Positions 38,578 through 53,399 of a DNA stretch of 64,000 nt are shown one piece after another (positions within the stretch are counted from its first letter, which is position 1; each line of letters begins with the position of its first letter). Source of the DNA: Octopus vulgaris (Eukaryota); contig OX597842.1 of assembly GCA_951406725.2 (NCBI GenBank), positions 13,764,001 through 13,828,000 of the forward strand, given 5' to 3'. Both the position numbers and the translations under genes were made by a program. Below the pieces are notes generated by a model. That model did no database searches and had not been told where the DNA came from. It saw nothing but the letters and a program-made list of their open reading frames with translations.

Positions 38578-38655
38578 CTTGGCTGAAGAGCTACAAATGG
38601 ATTGCTGTAAGTAATATTACATTTAATTCATTAATAGCGAAACAATTGTCCCAAG
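38578..38655 (+). ncRNA. Type I hammerhead ribozyme
   Basis: CTTGG-CTGAAGA-GCTA...TAGC-GAAA-CAATTG-TC^CCAAG; all core nucleotides present; predicted cleavage after 38650. Confidence 0.85.
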
Positions 38656-39112
38656 ATAATCTGTATTTTTGTTATTTTTTATTTGCCCTGTCCGTGTGAG
38701 CTAACAGTCGTACCGGCTTTCATGGGAAACATGTATTTTTCGTGGTTGAAACCTCTTGGATTAACTGGTGCTAGAGTGATCAATATAGTGAACACTCTCT
38801 TATATTTATTTTGTGAAAATATTATAATATGTTATAAAATATTATAATAATCCAGGTTTCTCGTAGCACTAGGCCACTTGGTGTGGAATAAATATACTAT
38901 TAAATTAGTATCTAATTCTCTCACCCTTATTAATTAATTATAATTATGCTGCATTTATTTCTAAATGCTGTATTTTGTTTTCCGTGAGAGTTTGGCGCGT
39001 TGTTGGTTGGGGCATTTGAATTATAACGTCCGATGTAATCAATTGAACCGCACGCGTAATTATCGTTATGGTAAAATCTGGCGTGTGATTGAGTGGATTT
39101 CATCAAGATAGC

Positions 39113-39190
39113 CTTGGCTGAAGAGCTACAAATGGATTGCTGTAAGTAATATTACATTTAATTCATTAATAGCGAAACAATTGTCCCAAG
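39113..39190 (+). ncRNA. Type I hammerhead ribozyme (second unit)
   Basis: Identical to 38578-38655; predicted cleavage after 39185. Confidence 0.85.
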
Positions 39191-39469
39191 ATAATCTGTA
39201 TTTTTGTTATTTTTTTATTTGCCCTGTCCGTGTGAGCTAACAGTCGTACCGGCTTTCATGGGAAACATGTATTTTTCGTGGTTGAAACCTCTTGGATTAA
39301 CTGGTGCTAGAGTGATCAATATAGTGAACACTCTCTTATATTTATTTTGTGAAAATATTATAATATGTTATAAAATATTATAATAATCCAGGTTTCTCGT
39401 AGCACTAGGCCACTTGGTGTGGAATAAATATACTATTAAATTAGTATCTAATTCTCTCACCCTTATTAA

Positions 39470-39515
<46 letters not shown>

Positions 39516-39519
<4 letters not shown>

Positions 39520-40069
39520 CGTATTTTTTGCCATTTCAATAAGGCTAACCCCTAAGGGTGGATGCTACTGTAGTTTTTAGCCCCAGGAGGACACACTCCT
39601 CCAGCTGGCCATAGACACACTATCTGTGTCCTGTCAGTATTTGCAAAGGGAAGTCATCCTTCCCGTCTTCAACTTATGATACACACGGACTCGAGTTTCG
39701 AGGTATTGACCTCTCGTCATTGTTGGATTTCACTTTTCAATATCAGCGACAGTGGACGCTGGAAAAAGTATAAGTATTTGTGAAGGAAATCTAATTCTCG
39801 GCGACAACTATGATTGTCACACGCTGACGAGAGGTCAATACCTCGAAACTCGAGTCCGTGTGTATCATAAGTTGAAGACGGGAAGGATGACTTCCTTTGC
39901 AAATACTGACAGGACACAGAAAGTGTGTCTATGGCCAGCTGGAGGAGTGTGTCCTCCTGGGGCTAAAAACTACAGTAGCATCCACCCTTAGGGGTTAGCC
40001 ATATTGAAATGGCAAAAATACGTCACGATGTGTTACCGCTACTGTATATAACTCACTTTGATATTTATC

Positions 40070-40070
<1 letters not shown>
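39516..40070. mobile_element. Foldback element in (TA)n: ~203-bp inverted arms, 105-bp spacer
   Basis: 39516-39719 is the reverse complement of 39825-40026. Confidence 0.85.
39818..39862 (+). ncRNA. Compact type I hammerhead ribozyme
   Basis: CACACG-CTGACGA-GAGGT(CAAT)ACCTC-GAAA-CTCGAG-TC^CGTGTG; 6-bp stem I, 5-bp stem II; predicted cleavage after 39856. Confidence 0.9.
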
Positions 40071-40100
<30 letters not shown>

Positions 40101-40106
<6 letters not shown>

Positions 40107-41310
40107 TCTTACAACATTATGATTGGGTGCTGAAACAGCTGCTCAACCTCTCAAATGTGGAAGTGACGTATCTCGACTTTGCAAAGGCCTTCGATAATAT
40201 CGACCATGGAATATGTGTAATCTTGGCATAGTTGGAAAATTGGGAGAATGCTTTCATGACTTTCTGAAGGATAGAAGTTAGGTGGTGGTAGCCAATGGAG
40301 CCACCTCCAATGACATGCAAATAGTGCCCGGTATTTTGCAAGGCACTCTTTTGTGACCACTACTGTTCATAATGGCACCCTCAGGCATGCCCTGAGCTAC
40401 ACAGAGGCCCAAGATCACAAGTTATGCAGATCATACAAAAGCTTCACAGATAATACATAACCCTGACGACGTTATGCACCTGCAATATGACCTGGACAAA
40501 ATATACAAGTGGGCTGAAAAGAATAGCATGCAGTTCAATGCTGAAAAGTTTCAAGCTTTGTGCTATCACCATGCAAAACTAAATGCAATACCCAATAAAT
40601 ATACTGGACTGGAGAGATTGCAATTCCAGAGGCACAATCAGTGCGAGACCTGGGCATTTACATCAGTAATGATGCAACCGTTCATGTGCTTGTTGCTAAA
40701 TTGGCAATGAAATGTAGGCGGCTAACTGGATGCATGAAACCATGATGGTCCTCTGGAGGACACTTGTCCGAAGCCACTTTGACAATTGCTCTCAGCTATG
40801 GTCACCAACCAGTGTCAAATTTATCTCAGAACTGGTGACACTACAACGAAGCTACACGAAGACGATAGCCTCTATGCAACATATAATCTATTGGGAAAGA
40901 CTCAAGAGATTAAGACTCTATTCTGTAGAGCATAGGTGAGAAAGATAAGCCACAATATACATGTGGAAGATCCTGGAAGGACTTGACCCAAACTTTGGAA
41001 TCCAGAGTTACACAAATGCTAGAACTGGGCGCCACTGCATAGTGTCAATGACTCCAAACTAGCCATCAAGATGTAGGAAAAACTACTGCAGTAGCCTAGG
41101 CTTTGGAGATCCACAGCTCTTCAATATCCTCCCGAAGGACCTGAGACACCTGCATGGGGTGGATGCAGGTGTTTTAAAATAATGCTGGACCTCTTCCTCT
41201 CAGATGTCCCAGATGAACCAAATTCACGGCAGTTGGTGCAGATGAGGGCAGCTGCATGAAACTCTCTCATGCACCAAATGTCAATTGCTAAAAAGCCTTC
41301 GTGAAGTAGA
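40101..41310 (+). mobile_element. CR1-group LINE RT/3' fragment
   Basis: YLDFAKAFD, YADHTK, SHFDNCSQLWSP. Confidence 0.8.
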
Positions 41311-42047
41311 ATTATGTATTAACACCAAATGTCAGAACCCCAGCATGACCACATCTCCTGAGCTGAAACTAGATGAAATAAAAAAATAAAAAAACACATA
41401 TAATCATGTATAAACACTTCTAAATTGCTTATAATCATGCTCATCATTTCCTTGAATGTCATCATCAACAGAGTAAATAACATCATTATCATTGTCATCA
41501 TCACCTAACATCCATGTTCCTTCCTGGCATGGGCTGGACAGGATGCAAGGACTGCACTCCGCTCAAATGTCTGTTTTGGTCTCCTATTTCTGGTTAGATG
41601 CCCTTCCAAATATCAACCAAATTACAACATGGATCAGTGCTTTTTATCATACTACCCGACATTTGAGGTTGCCATGCAGGTCGCAGAACTACAAATCCTG
41701 TTGGAGGGATGTAAATAAATATATATATATATATGTATATATACATGGAGGCGATAAGGCCCAGTGGTTCGGGCAGCGAACGCGCGGTCGTAGTATAGCG
41801 GTTTCGATTCCCAGACCGAGCGTTGTGAGTGTATATTGAGCGAAAACACCTATATCTCCAATAGGCTCCGATAGGGGCTGGTGGTGATCCCTGCTGTACT
41901 CTTTCGCCACAGCTTTCTCCCACTCTTTCGTCTGTTGGCCTGCTTGCTTAGCCATCGGGGTGGCGTCATTTGAAGGCTAAAACAATGCGAAGCGCATTGT
42001 GACCAGTGATGTGCAGCAACATCTGATAGCCTGGTCGGTCACGTGAT

Positions 42048-42095
<48 letters not shown>

Positions 42096-42825
42096 TTATA
42101 CCTTCACCACCCGACATCCGCTGTTTGTTTACATCCATGTAACGTAGCTGTTATATGAAGAGAGACCAAACACATAAGCAGCAATCTGAAGAAAGAGAAG
42201 CACTACTCGCTGTGTGGTCGACTAAACACTTCTATGCAGTGCTCCAGCACGACAGCCTTCCAATGTTGAAGAAATAGAAACGATCGGCCGTAAAAAATAG
42301 TTTATATTTAACGCATTTAAAAAGAATTATAAAATAGTGTTAAGGGAGATAATTCACAATTATAGGTCATATAATAGAGAGTAGTCTCCCTTGACGTGAA
42401 ATATGCCTGTTAATAAGTGTATTTTTATGCGGGTGTGCTTTTATTGTGTGTGCCTGTGCCCGTTCGTGTATGGTTTTGTGTGTGTGTGTGTGTGTGGGGG
42501 GGTGTTTGTGAGAGAGGGAGAGGGAGGGAGAGAGGAAAGCATGGGAGGTTGGAGTTATGCAGTAATAATATCTATAGAACATCCTTAAATCAAAGGTTTT
42601 AGCAGTTTGCTCTTTACCTTGGATTTCTTTTATTCATTGGATAGTGGCCATGCTGGAGCACCGCCTTCAAGAGTTTCTGACGGATTAACTGGACATGTTT
42701 ATTTATTAATTTCTAATTTTTCCTTTTTCTTTCGTCCTGGATCGCTCAACGTTGCTTTATAGAGACATAAACAAAACAACACCGTGTCAGGCTGCAATCG
42801 TAGGATAAGGACACGCATAAACATG

Positions 42826-42872
<47 letters not shown>

Positions 42873-44065
42873 ACACACACACACACACACCCAGAGACTT
42901 CACAAGCTCTGAAATAAATGGAACGGGAGGGTGAACGCCCATCTTAACCTGAGGTAGACCAAATTATTTTTTTCATGTTTACTCTCAACGTTGAGTCTTT
43001 CAATGTTTGCATTCTGTCATCGAATTGGAAATAAGGGCTTTTCCTCAATGACCTCGTGTCGCTTAATTTGGATGTGGTAGCACTTAGAGACGCCCGGCTG
43101 AGTGGACAGACAAGCATTTCTAAATTGCTACGAGAAATCTATTTCTCCTGGTCACCCAGAATGTGAGGAGGGGCTGTCTAAGTTCTGCTCAAGAGAAATT
43201 AGATTTAGAGACAAGAGTAATCTTTATTGATCCGGGGGTGGGAGTAGCCTGGTCGTATTTGATGTAATCCTCATCATTGATAAGTCTTTCAGGCTGGGGG
43301 ATGTTTATGAACTCCGACGGCCGGACAGTTAGACAATTTTCTAGGCTAGAGAATTTTCTAGGTACGTCACACTCCTTAGTGGATTGTGTTTGCTCGAATA
43401 TGGATAGGAGGAGAAACACGTATCTCTTCGATCTGCTTAAGCGTTTTTTGCTGGCAAATCTGTATATACTAGAACACCCAGACGCTCCACTGTGGACATG
43501 GATGAATAGCGATGGATCTTATGGATCTTATATGAACAGGCTATTTCTTAGATGTATAGATAAAGATGTATTTGTGGGTGCACAATTTCACTACGTCAAC
43601 TACAGTGATCAGAAGCCTGTGACCAGTAAGTTTGACCTCGAAAGGTTACATAGGCAAGGTCCCGGCTTCTAGAAGCTCCTTAGTTACCTTGGATTTCTTT
43701 CATTCATTGGATTGTGGCCATGCTGGGGCTCCGCCTTGAAGAATATTCGTCGCTTTAACTGGACCTATATAGTTATTTATTTATTTGTAATCTGTTCTTA
43801 TGCTTCCGACCTGTAACGGTAAAAGTTTCTTTATAGTGACATAAACAAAGTAACAACGTGTCAGGTTGCGATCAGAGGACAAGCATACACACAAAATATC
43901 TCACTAACGCATGCACACACACACACACACACACACACATACATACACACAAAAACTCAAAACAGCCACACAAACACACATACACACACCCTTAATACAT
44001 ATAAGAATTCAGATATGAATGCACTTGCAAATATTCATCCATGCTTGCGTATATTCATATATACA
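41255..44065 (+). repeat. Direct segmental duplication of ~28260-31120
   Basis: Colinear LINE end, SINE C, CA tracts and Tx1 APE fragment at an offset of ~13 kb. Confidence 0.85.
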
Positions 44066-44427
44066 TTTATACTTATAAATGGATATGCTGTTATGCATGG
44101 GTCACCGCCGGACATCCATGAACAAATTTGCCCGGATACGTACCTTGTTGGGGAACCTTCTAGGTGTCATCTCTTGGTCATTCATTACCAAACAGGATCC
44201 ACAAAAACATGCACTACCCTACCTCTTTCTCTTAAATCATTCCCCTATCCACTGGCATGAACTGACCCCACCCCTCCAACAGGATTTTCAGTTATGCGAC
44301 CTGCATGGCAACCTGAATTGTCGGGGAGTATGATAAAAAGCACCGAGCCCATGCTGTAAATTGGTTGATGTTTGGAAGGGCATCTAACCAGAAATAGGTG
44401 ACAAAAACAGACATTTATATATATATG

Positions 44428-44471
<44 letters not shown>

Positions 44472-44473
44472 AT

Positions 44474-44555
<82 letters not shown>

Positions 44556-44564
44556 TGAGTGTGT

Positions 44565-44926
44565 GGTCACAATCCAATTAATGAAAGAAATCCAAGGAAA
44601 AGAGCAAAGTACTAAAACCTTCGATTTAAGAATGTGCTATAGGGCTTCTTACTGGCTTACTCCACCCACCCATGCCTTCCTCTTTCCCTCCCACTCTCTC
44701 TCTCTCTCTCTCTTTCTCTCTATCTATCTCAGTCATACGCACACAAACACACTCGCATGTAATTACTGACGGCACGTGCGATATATATATATATGTATAT
44801 ATATCGCACGTGCCGTCTCTAGTTACTTGCTTGATTGAGATTTAATGTACTAAATCACACACACACACACAAAAAAAAGCGAAAGACATTGATTTTAGTT
44901 ACTCAGTTGGTGACATTTAGTGTAGT

Positions 44927-44967
<41 letters not shown>

Positions 44968-46104
44968 ACACATACACACACATACACACACACACACACA
45001 CATACACACACATACACACACACAAAGCGAAAGACATTTATTTTAGTATGTTTCGGGTGGCAGGAGGGAAAGAAATATATTGTGTTGAGTCCGTTGGTGT
45101 GAAGAAGATGTCAGTTTCAATGTAATTATTATTTTTTTATGATTAAGATGTCCAGGAGGGGAAGTTGTTTGTGGTTGTTTTCCATTGTGAACTGGATGCT
45201 GTGATTCTTGCTGTTGATTAGGTTTTTTTTTCATTTTGAGAGTTGTTCAAGGTTATGTGGCCACAGAATGAAACAGCCAACCAGGTAGCATTTCTAGTTG
45301 GCGACGAAGTATTTTGGAAGTTGTATCCAAATTTCAGTCTAGCGTGCTTGTATATTTAGACTTCGAAATATACCTCGAGAATGTTCGCAAAAGTAGGGGC
45401 TACCCTCATCCCTATCACCGTGCCCTATTTCAGTCTATAATTGTTCTCGTTAAAGTTGAAGAAATTGTTCTGTAGGATGGATTTTGTTCCTTCAACAATG
45501 AATTCCTTTCCTATTCGGTCATTTGGGAAATTTTCCTGCCAGGATTCTACGTCTATTATTCCGAATTCGTGAGGAATCGATGTGTAGAGGTTTATTATAT
45601 CGAATGAAAACAGAAAGGAGTCCTTACTAGTTTTGTTCGGGAGATGGTTTAAAAAGTCCAGATCATCCATTATAAAGCTCGGTATATGTTGCAGAATACG
45701 TATAAAAAGGACGTCAATAAAGTTATGGGTCTGTAGGTCTCACACGAGGGACCGGCCACAATTGGTCTCATTTTGCTGGTTTTGTAGTCAAATCTAGTTG
45801 AGTAATTCGTCTCCTTTTCCGTTAAACTTTGTTGGAACTGGTGGATAAGGGGAGACGTTTAGTCAGTACCAGGGACTGATTGTAGTATGTATTTCAAAGC
45901 GGGGTTTCGTAGTAGGCATTTCATGTTAAGTCTTTTCTTTTCTAGGATGAAGAATTAACACAAAAGGGAATTTTTCGTTCACATTCCACAAAGAATGTCC
46001 TTCAATTTTGTTCGAAAAATAATTCAAATTTCTGTGCAATTGGCTCTTATTTCCAGTATGATATAGGATCGCATACAAAACGGGCGAAACTGGGCGGTAA
46101 TCTG

Positions 46105-46142
<38 letters not shown>

Positions 46143-47670
46143 TCATACATACATACATACATACACATACATACATATATATATGTATGTATGTATGTAT
46201 GTATGCGTGTATGCATGTATGTATATGTGTATGTATGCAAGCATATATGTATACATGTACGTATATTTGCATGCATGCATGAATGTATGTATATATGCAT
46301 GTATGTATCTACGCATCAATGTATGTATGCATACGAGAATGCCTGTAAGTATGTATGTTTGCATACATATATGTATGCATGCATATATGTATGCGTGTAT
46401 GTATATATGTATGTATGTATGCATATATGCATGTGTGTATGTATGTATATGTGTATGTATGCATGCATACATGTATGTATGTATATATGTGATTATATAT
46501 AAATTTATGTATATATACGTATATATATATGTGTATGTATGTATGTATACATGTATGTATGAATATACGCAAGCATCGGTGAATATTTGCATGTACATGC
46601 ATATCTGAATGCGTATATGTATTAAGGGTGTGTGTATGTGTGTTTGTGTGGCTGTTTTTGAGTGTGTGTGTGTATGTGTGTGTATATGAGTGTGTGTGTG
46701 TGTGTGTGTGCGTGTGCATGTATCCCTGAGATATTTTGTGTGTATGCTTGTCCTCTGATCGCAACCTGACACGTTGTTACTTTGTTTATGTCACTATAAA
46801 GCAACGTTTAGCGTTACAGGTCGGAAGCATAAGAACAGATTACAAATAAATAAATAAATATATAGGTGCAGTTAAACCGAAGAAAAGTCTTCAAGGCGGT
46901 GCCCCAGCATGGTCACAATCCAATGAATGAAAGAAATCCAAGGTAACTAAGGAGCTTCTAGAAGCCGGGACCTTGCCTATGTAACCTTTCGAGGTCAAAC
47001 TTACTGGTCACAGGCTTCTGATCACTGTAGTTGACGTAGTGAAATTGTGCACCCACAAATACATCTTTAACTATACATCTAAGAAGTAGCCTGTCCATAT
47101 AAGATCTAGTAGACCCATCGCTATTCATCCATGTCCACAGTGGAGCGTCTGGGTGTTCTAGTATATACAGATTTGCCAGCAAAAAACGCTTAAGCAGATC
47201 GAAGAGGTACGAGTTTCTCCTCCTATCCGTATTCGAGCAAACACAATCCACTAAGGAGTGTGACGTACCTAGAAAATTCTCTAGCCTAGAAAATTGTCTA
47301 ACTGTCCGGCCGTCGGAGTTCATAAACAGCCCCCAGCCTGAAAGACTTATCAATGATGAGGATTACATCAAAGACGACCAGGCTACTCCCACCCCCGGAT
47401 CAATAAAGATTACTCTTGTCTCTAAATACAGTTTTTCTTGAGCAGAACTACGACCGCCCGTCTTCACATTCTGGGTGACCAGGAGAAATAAATTTCTCGT
47501 AGCAGTTTAGGGGGGGGGGGGGAGAAATGCTTGTCAGTCCACTCAGCCAGGTTTCTCTAACTACTAGCACATCCAAATTAAGTGACACGAGGTTATTGAG
47601 GAAAAGCCCTTATTTCCAATTCGATGACAGGATGTAAACATTTAAACTCCCTACATCGAGTGTAAACATG
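44565..47670 (-). repeat. Inverted segmental duplication of ~30000-33790 (includes Penelope RT 45040-45780 and Tx1 APE)
   Basis: Reverse-complement colinearity throughout, except that the 31537-32168 insertion is missing. Confidence 0.88.
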
Positions 47671-48544
47671 AAGAAAAAACTTAGGTTGGAGTTGGGCGTT
47701 AAAACATACAGTTCTATTTATTTAGGAGCTTGTGAAGTCTCTAGGTGTGTGTGTGTTCATGTTTATGCGTGTCCTTATCCTACGATTGCAGCCTGACACG
47801 GTGTTGCTTTGTTTGTGTCTCTATGAAGCAACGTTGAGCCATACAAGACGGAAGAATAAGTAGAAATTACAAATAAATAAATAAATAGGTCCAGTTAACC
47901 CGTCAGAAATCTTGAAGGCGGTGCCCCAGCATGGCCACAATCCAATGAATGAAGGAAATCCAGAGTAAAGAGCAAACTGTTAAAAGATTCGATGTAAGGA
48001 TGTTCTATAGAGCTTATTACTGCATTACTCCAACCTCCCATGCTTTCCTCTCTCCCTCCCTCTCCCTCTCTCGCAAACACACACACCCACCCCCACACAC
48101 ACATACATATACACATACACACATAGAAACCCGCATATACAAACAGATTCAAGGATAGAAGCGTTTGAACACACCGAACAAAAAAGCACACACGCAAAAA
48201 AATATACACTAACTTAAACAGGGATATTTTACGTCAATAATATGACTTATATTTGAGAGTTACCTCCCTTAACAGTATTTTATAATTTATTTTATCTGCC
48301 TTAAATATAAATTAATTTTGACGGCCTATCGTTTGCATTACTTAAACGTTGGACGGTTTGTGTGTGTGTGTGTATGTATGAGTGTGTGTGTATATATGTC
48401 TGTGTGTATGTGTGTATGTGTGTGTGTGTGTGTGTGCGTGTGTGTGTGCGTGTGTGTGTGCGTGTGTGTTCATGTTTATGTGTGTCCTTATCCTTCGATT
48501 GCAGCCTGACATGGTGTTGCTTTGTTTATGTCTCTATAAGGCAA

Positions 48545-49000
48545 ATTTTAGTAATGAACTGCATGCTATTCTTTTCAGCCCCCTTGTATATTTTGTCCAG
48601 CTCACATTGCAGGTACATAGCGTCTTCAGGGTTCTGTATTACCTGTGAAACTTTTGTATCATCTGCATAACTTGTGATCGTGGCGTTCTGAGGGCATTCT
48701 GAGAGGGCCATTATGAGCAGAAGTGGTCCCAAAACAGAGCCTTGCGGGACACCGGTCCCTATTTGCGTATAATTGGAGGTGGCCCCATTGGCTACTACCA
48801 CCTGACTTCTATACTTCTGATAGTCATGAAGCCATTCTCACAATTTTCCAACTATGCCAAGATCACGCAGTTTGTGACGTTTCGTTCCATGATAAAACTT
48901 TATCAACCTTTATCGGCCTTTGCAAAGTCAAGATATAACACTTCCACATTTGAGTGGCTGAGCAGCTGTTTCAGCAACCAGTCACAGTATATTGTAAGAA
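48545..49000 (-). mobile_element. CR1-group LINE RT fragment
   Basis: GVPQGSVLGPLLL, YADDTK. Confidence 0.8.
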
Positions 49001-49181
49001 TGTATATATATATATATATACACATATAGTGGGTGTGTGTTTATTAGCTTACTAATGAACCACATTGTTCCAGTTTCAGTCCCACTGCTTTGCAAATTGC
49101 GCATGTGTCTTCTACTACAGCCTCGGGCCGACCAAAGTCTTGTCAGTGGATTTGGAAGCCGGAGTCTGAAAGAAGCTTATC

Positions 49182-49247
<66 letters not shown>

Positions 49248-50234
49248 AACATTCTATTTCTCTTCTCTCTCTCGGAAACCTGGAGTAATGCAGTAATAAG
49301 CTCTAAATTACATCCTTACATCGAAGGTTTTAGTAATTTGCTCTTTTCCTTGGATTTCTTTCATTCATTGGACTGTGGAGTTAGCTTTACCTGTTTATTT
49401 ATGTATTTGTAATCTGTCCTTATTCTTCCGTCCTGTCTCGCTGAACGTTGCTTTATAGAGACATAAACAAAGCAACACCGTGCTAGGCTGCGATCCTAGG
49501 ATAAGGACACTCATAAAAAATGAACACATACACACACGCACACACATACACCCACACATAGAGACTTCACTAGCTCCTAAATAAATGAAACGTGAGTGGT
49601 TAAGGCCCATCTCTAACCTAAGGTAGACCAAAATTTTTCTTCATGTTTACACTCAACGTAATGTACTTAAATGTTTGCCGCCAGGGGACGAATTGGAAAC
49701 AACGGATATTCCTCAATGACCTCAGGTCGCAAAATTTGGATGTGGTAGTAGTGAGAGAAACCTGGCTGAGTGCAATTTCAAGCATTTCTCCCCTCCTAAA
49801 CTGCTACGAGAATTGTTTTCTCCTGGTCACCTTGGTGGTAAGGTGAGGTACACATTGTGGAGACGTAACCCACCCTAACACGCTTTTGTATTTTTTACGG
49901 AGAACCATGTTTACGGTTATGGAGATACCGATTCAACATTCCAATTGCACCCTCCTCTCTTCATTTTTCGCTTTCCAAAATTTTTTGGGGCAAAATAGGT
50001 CATAAAAAAAAAAACGAGATCATGATTCTGGAACTTTTCGAAAATAAAATAAAAAAATCTGCATCAACCCTCTCCCCTCCCGATTCTATGGGCTTCAAAC
50101 AGGATATCCACATGCAAGAAAAAGCAGCAAATCGCACACAAACTACTTTTGGAACATACGTGTGTACTCTGTATCGAACGCCTATGGGATATTCCTACAC
50201 AATTGTACCCTTCAATTTTGCTTCACACACATAC

Positions 50235-50297
<63 letters not shown>

Positions 50298-50531
50298 GTT
50301 CTTTACTGTTTTGTTCTTTATCGCATTTGGACAGGCAAACCGGCCGTAGGAGATATTTTTTTGTAAGCCTTTTATTTATTTAATCACTCTCATTTTGCCG
50401 AACCGCTGAGTAACGGGGTCGTAAAAACACAAGCATCTGTAATCAAGCGATGTTGCGGGGACACACACAGACACACAGACATACATACACACATACACAC
50501 ACACACAAACACACACACAAACACACACACG

Positions 50532-50581
<50 letters not shown>

Positions 50582-51244
50582 TACGATGGCCTTTTTTTCA
50601 GTTTCCGTCTACCAAATCCACTCACAAAGTCTTGGTCGTCCTGAGGCTATAGTAGAAGACACATACACAAGGTAACACGCAGTGGGACTGAAGCAGGAAC
50701 CATGTCGTTCGTTAGCAAGCTAATTAACACACACCCAATATATATATATACATCAATAATCATTTACAAAACAATTCTAAATTGCTTATAATCATGTTCA
50801 TCATTTCCTTGATTGTCATCATCAACAAAGTAAATAACATCATCATCATTGTCATCATCATCTAACATCCATGTTCCTTTCTGGCTTGGACTGGACAGGA
50901 TCCAAGGACTGCACTCCGCTCAAATGTCTGTTTTGGCCTCCTATTTTTGGTTAGATGCCTTTCCTAACATCAACCAATTTACAGCATGGGCTCGGTGATT
51001 TTATCTTACTACCCGAATATTGAGGTTGCCATCTCAATCTGCTTCAACCCCCAACCCTCCCGATTCTACGGGCTTCAAACAGGATATCCACATGCTAGAA
51101 AAAGCAGCCAAATCTCACACATGCATGTATGTATACATTAGCATCTGTTGTCAATCGATGTTGTGGGGAGAAACACAGGCACACAAACGTATACACATTA
51201 ATATCTATCTACCTATCTATCTATCTGTCTATCTACCTATCTAC

Positions 51245-51355
<111 letters not shown>

Positions 51356-51364
51356 ACTGACTAA

Positions 51365-51428
<64 letters not shown>

Positions 51429-51445
51429 TTATCTCTCTCTCTCTT

Positions 51446-51493
<48 letters not shown>

Positions 51494-51529
51494 GTTATAT
51501 ATATATATAACTATATATATATATATACA

Positions 51530-52595
51530 TTCTTAGAACACTCTGACTGGGTACTGAAACAGCTGCTCAACCACTCAGATGTTGAAGTGATATATCTCGA
51601 CTTTGCCAAGGCCTTTGATAAAGTCAATCATGGAACGATACGTCACAAACTGCGTGATCTTGGCATAGTTGGAAAATTGTGAGAATGGCTTCATGACTTT
51701 CTGAAGGATAGAAGTCAGGTGGTAGTAGCCAATGTAGCCGCCTCCAATGATACGCAAATAGGGACCGGTCTTCCGCAAGGCTCTGTTTTGGGAACACTCC
51801 TGCTCATAATGGCCCTCTCAGAATGCCCTCAGCCACACAGAAGGCTACGATCAAAAGTTATGCAGATGATACAAAAGTTTCACAGGTAATACAGAACCCT
51901 GAAGACACTATGCACCTGCATTGTGAGCTGGACGAAATATACAAGTTGGCTGAAAAGAATAGCATGCTGTTTAATGCTGAAAAGTTTCAAGCTTTATGCT
52001 ATCAACATGCAAAACTAAATGCAATAAATACACTGGATTTGGAGGGATTGCAATCCCAGAGACACAATCAGTGCAAGACCTGGGTATTTACATCAGTAAT
52101 GATGCAACCGTTCATGTGCTTGTTGCTAAATTGGCAATGAAATGTAGGCGGCTGACCGGATGGGTTCTGAGAACGTTTAGAACAAGAGACCAGGAAACCA
52201 TGATGGTCCTCTAGAGTTCACTTGTTCTAAGCCACTTTGAAAATTGCTCCCAGCTATGGTCACCAACCAGTGTCAAATTAATCGCAGAACTTGAGGCAAT
52301 CCAACGAAGCTACACGAAAAAGATAGCCACTATGCAGCATATAGCCTATTGAGAAAGATTCAAGAGATTAAGACTCTATTCCTTAGAGCGTAGGCGAGAA
52401 AGATATGCCATAATATACATGTGGAAGGTCCTGGAAGGACTTGTCCAAAGCTTTAGCATCCAGAGATACACAAGTACTAGAACTGGGCGCCACTTTATAG
52501 TGCCAAGGATTCCAAATTTGCCATCAAGATGTAGGACAAGGTACTGTAATAGCCCGGGCTTCAGATGTGCAAATCTCTTCAATATACTCCTGGAG
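51530..52595 (+). mobile_element. CR1-group LINE RT/3' fragment
   Basis: YLDFAKAFDKV, YADDTK, VQDLGIY. Confidence 0.8.
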
Positions 52596-53038
52596 GTGAA
52601 GTGAGGTACCCATGGTAGAGACGTAACCCACCTCTACCACGTATTTGTATTTTTTAACGGAGAACAATGTTTTCGGTTATGGAGATAGCGAAAATAATCG
52701 CAAAACTCTCAATTTCAAAATTTCAATTGCGCTCTCGGTTCTTCATTTTTCACTTTTTCTTGTAACTTTTTTGACAAATTATGTGATTAAAACAACCGAC
52801 ATTATGATTCTGAAAAATAAATATTCATGAAACTGAAATCCGCCCCCCCCCCCACCAAATCCACATAAACCCTCTCCCCTTCCGATTCTACAGGGCTTCA
52901 AACAAGATATCTACGTGCTTAAAAAAGCAGCAAAATTTCATACAAACTGTTTTGGGGCACATACGTATATAGTCTGTATCGAATGCCTATGGGGTATTGC
53001 TACACATGTGTGCCCCTCGATTTTGCTTCACACACACT

Positions 53039-53076
<38 letters not shown>

Positions 53077-53319
53077 TTTCTCTTTACTGTTTTACTTCTT
53101 TCAGTCATTTCACTGTGACCATGCTGGAGCACCGCCTTTAGACAGGTCGATCGATCGACCCCAGGACATATTTTTTGTAAGCCTATTACTTATTCAATCG
53201 CTTTCATTTTGCCGAACCGCTGGGTTACGGGGTCGTAAACACACTAGCATCGGTTGTCAAGCGATGGTGTGGGGACAAAGGCAGACACACAAACATACAT
53301 ACACATACATACACACATA

Positions 53320-53379
<60 letters not shown>

Positions 53380-53399
53380 AATGTATATATTATATATAT

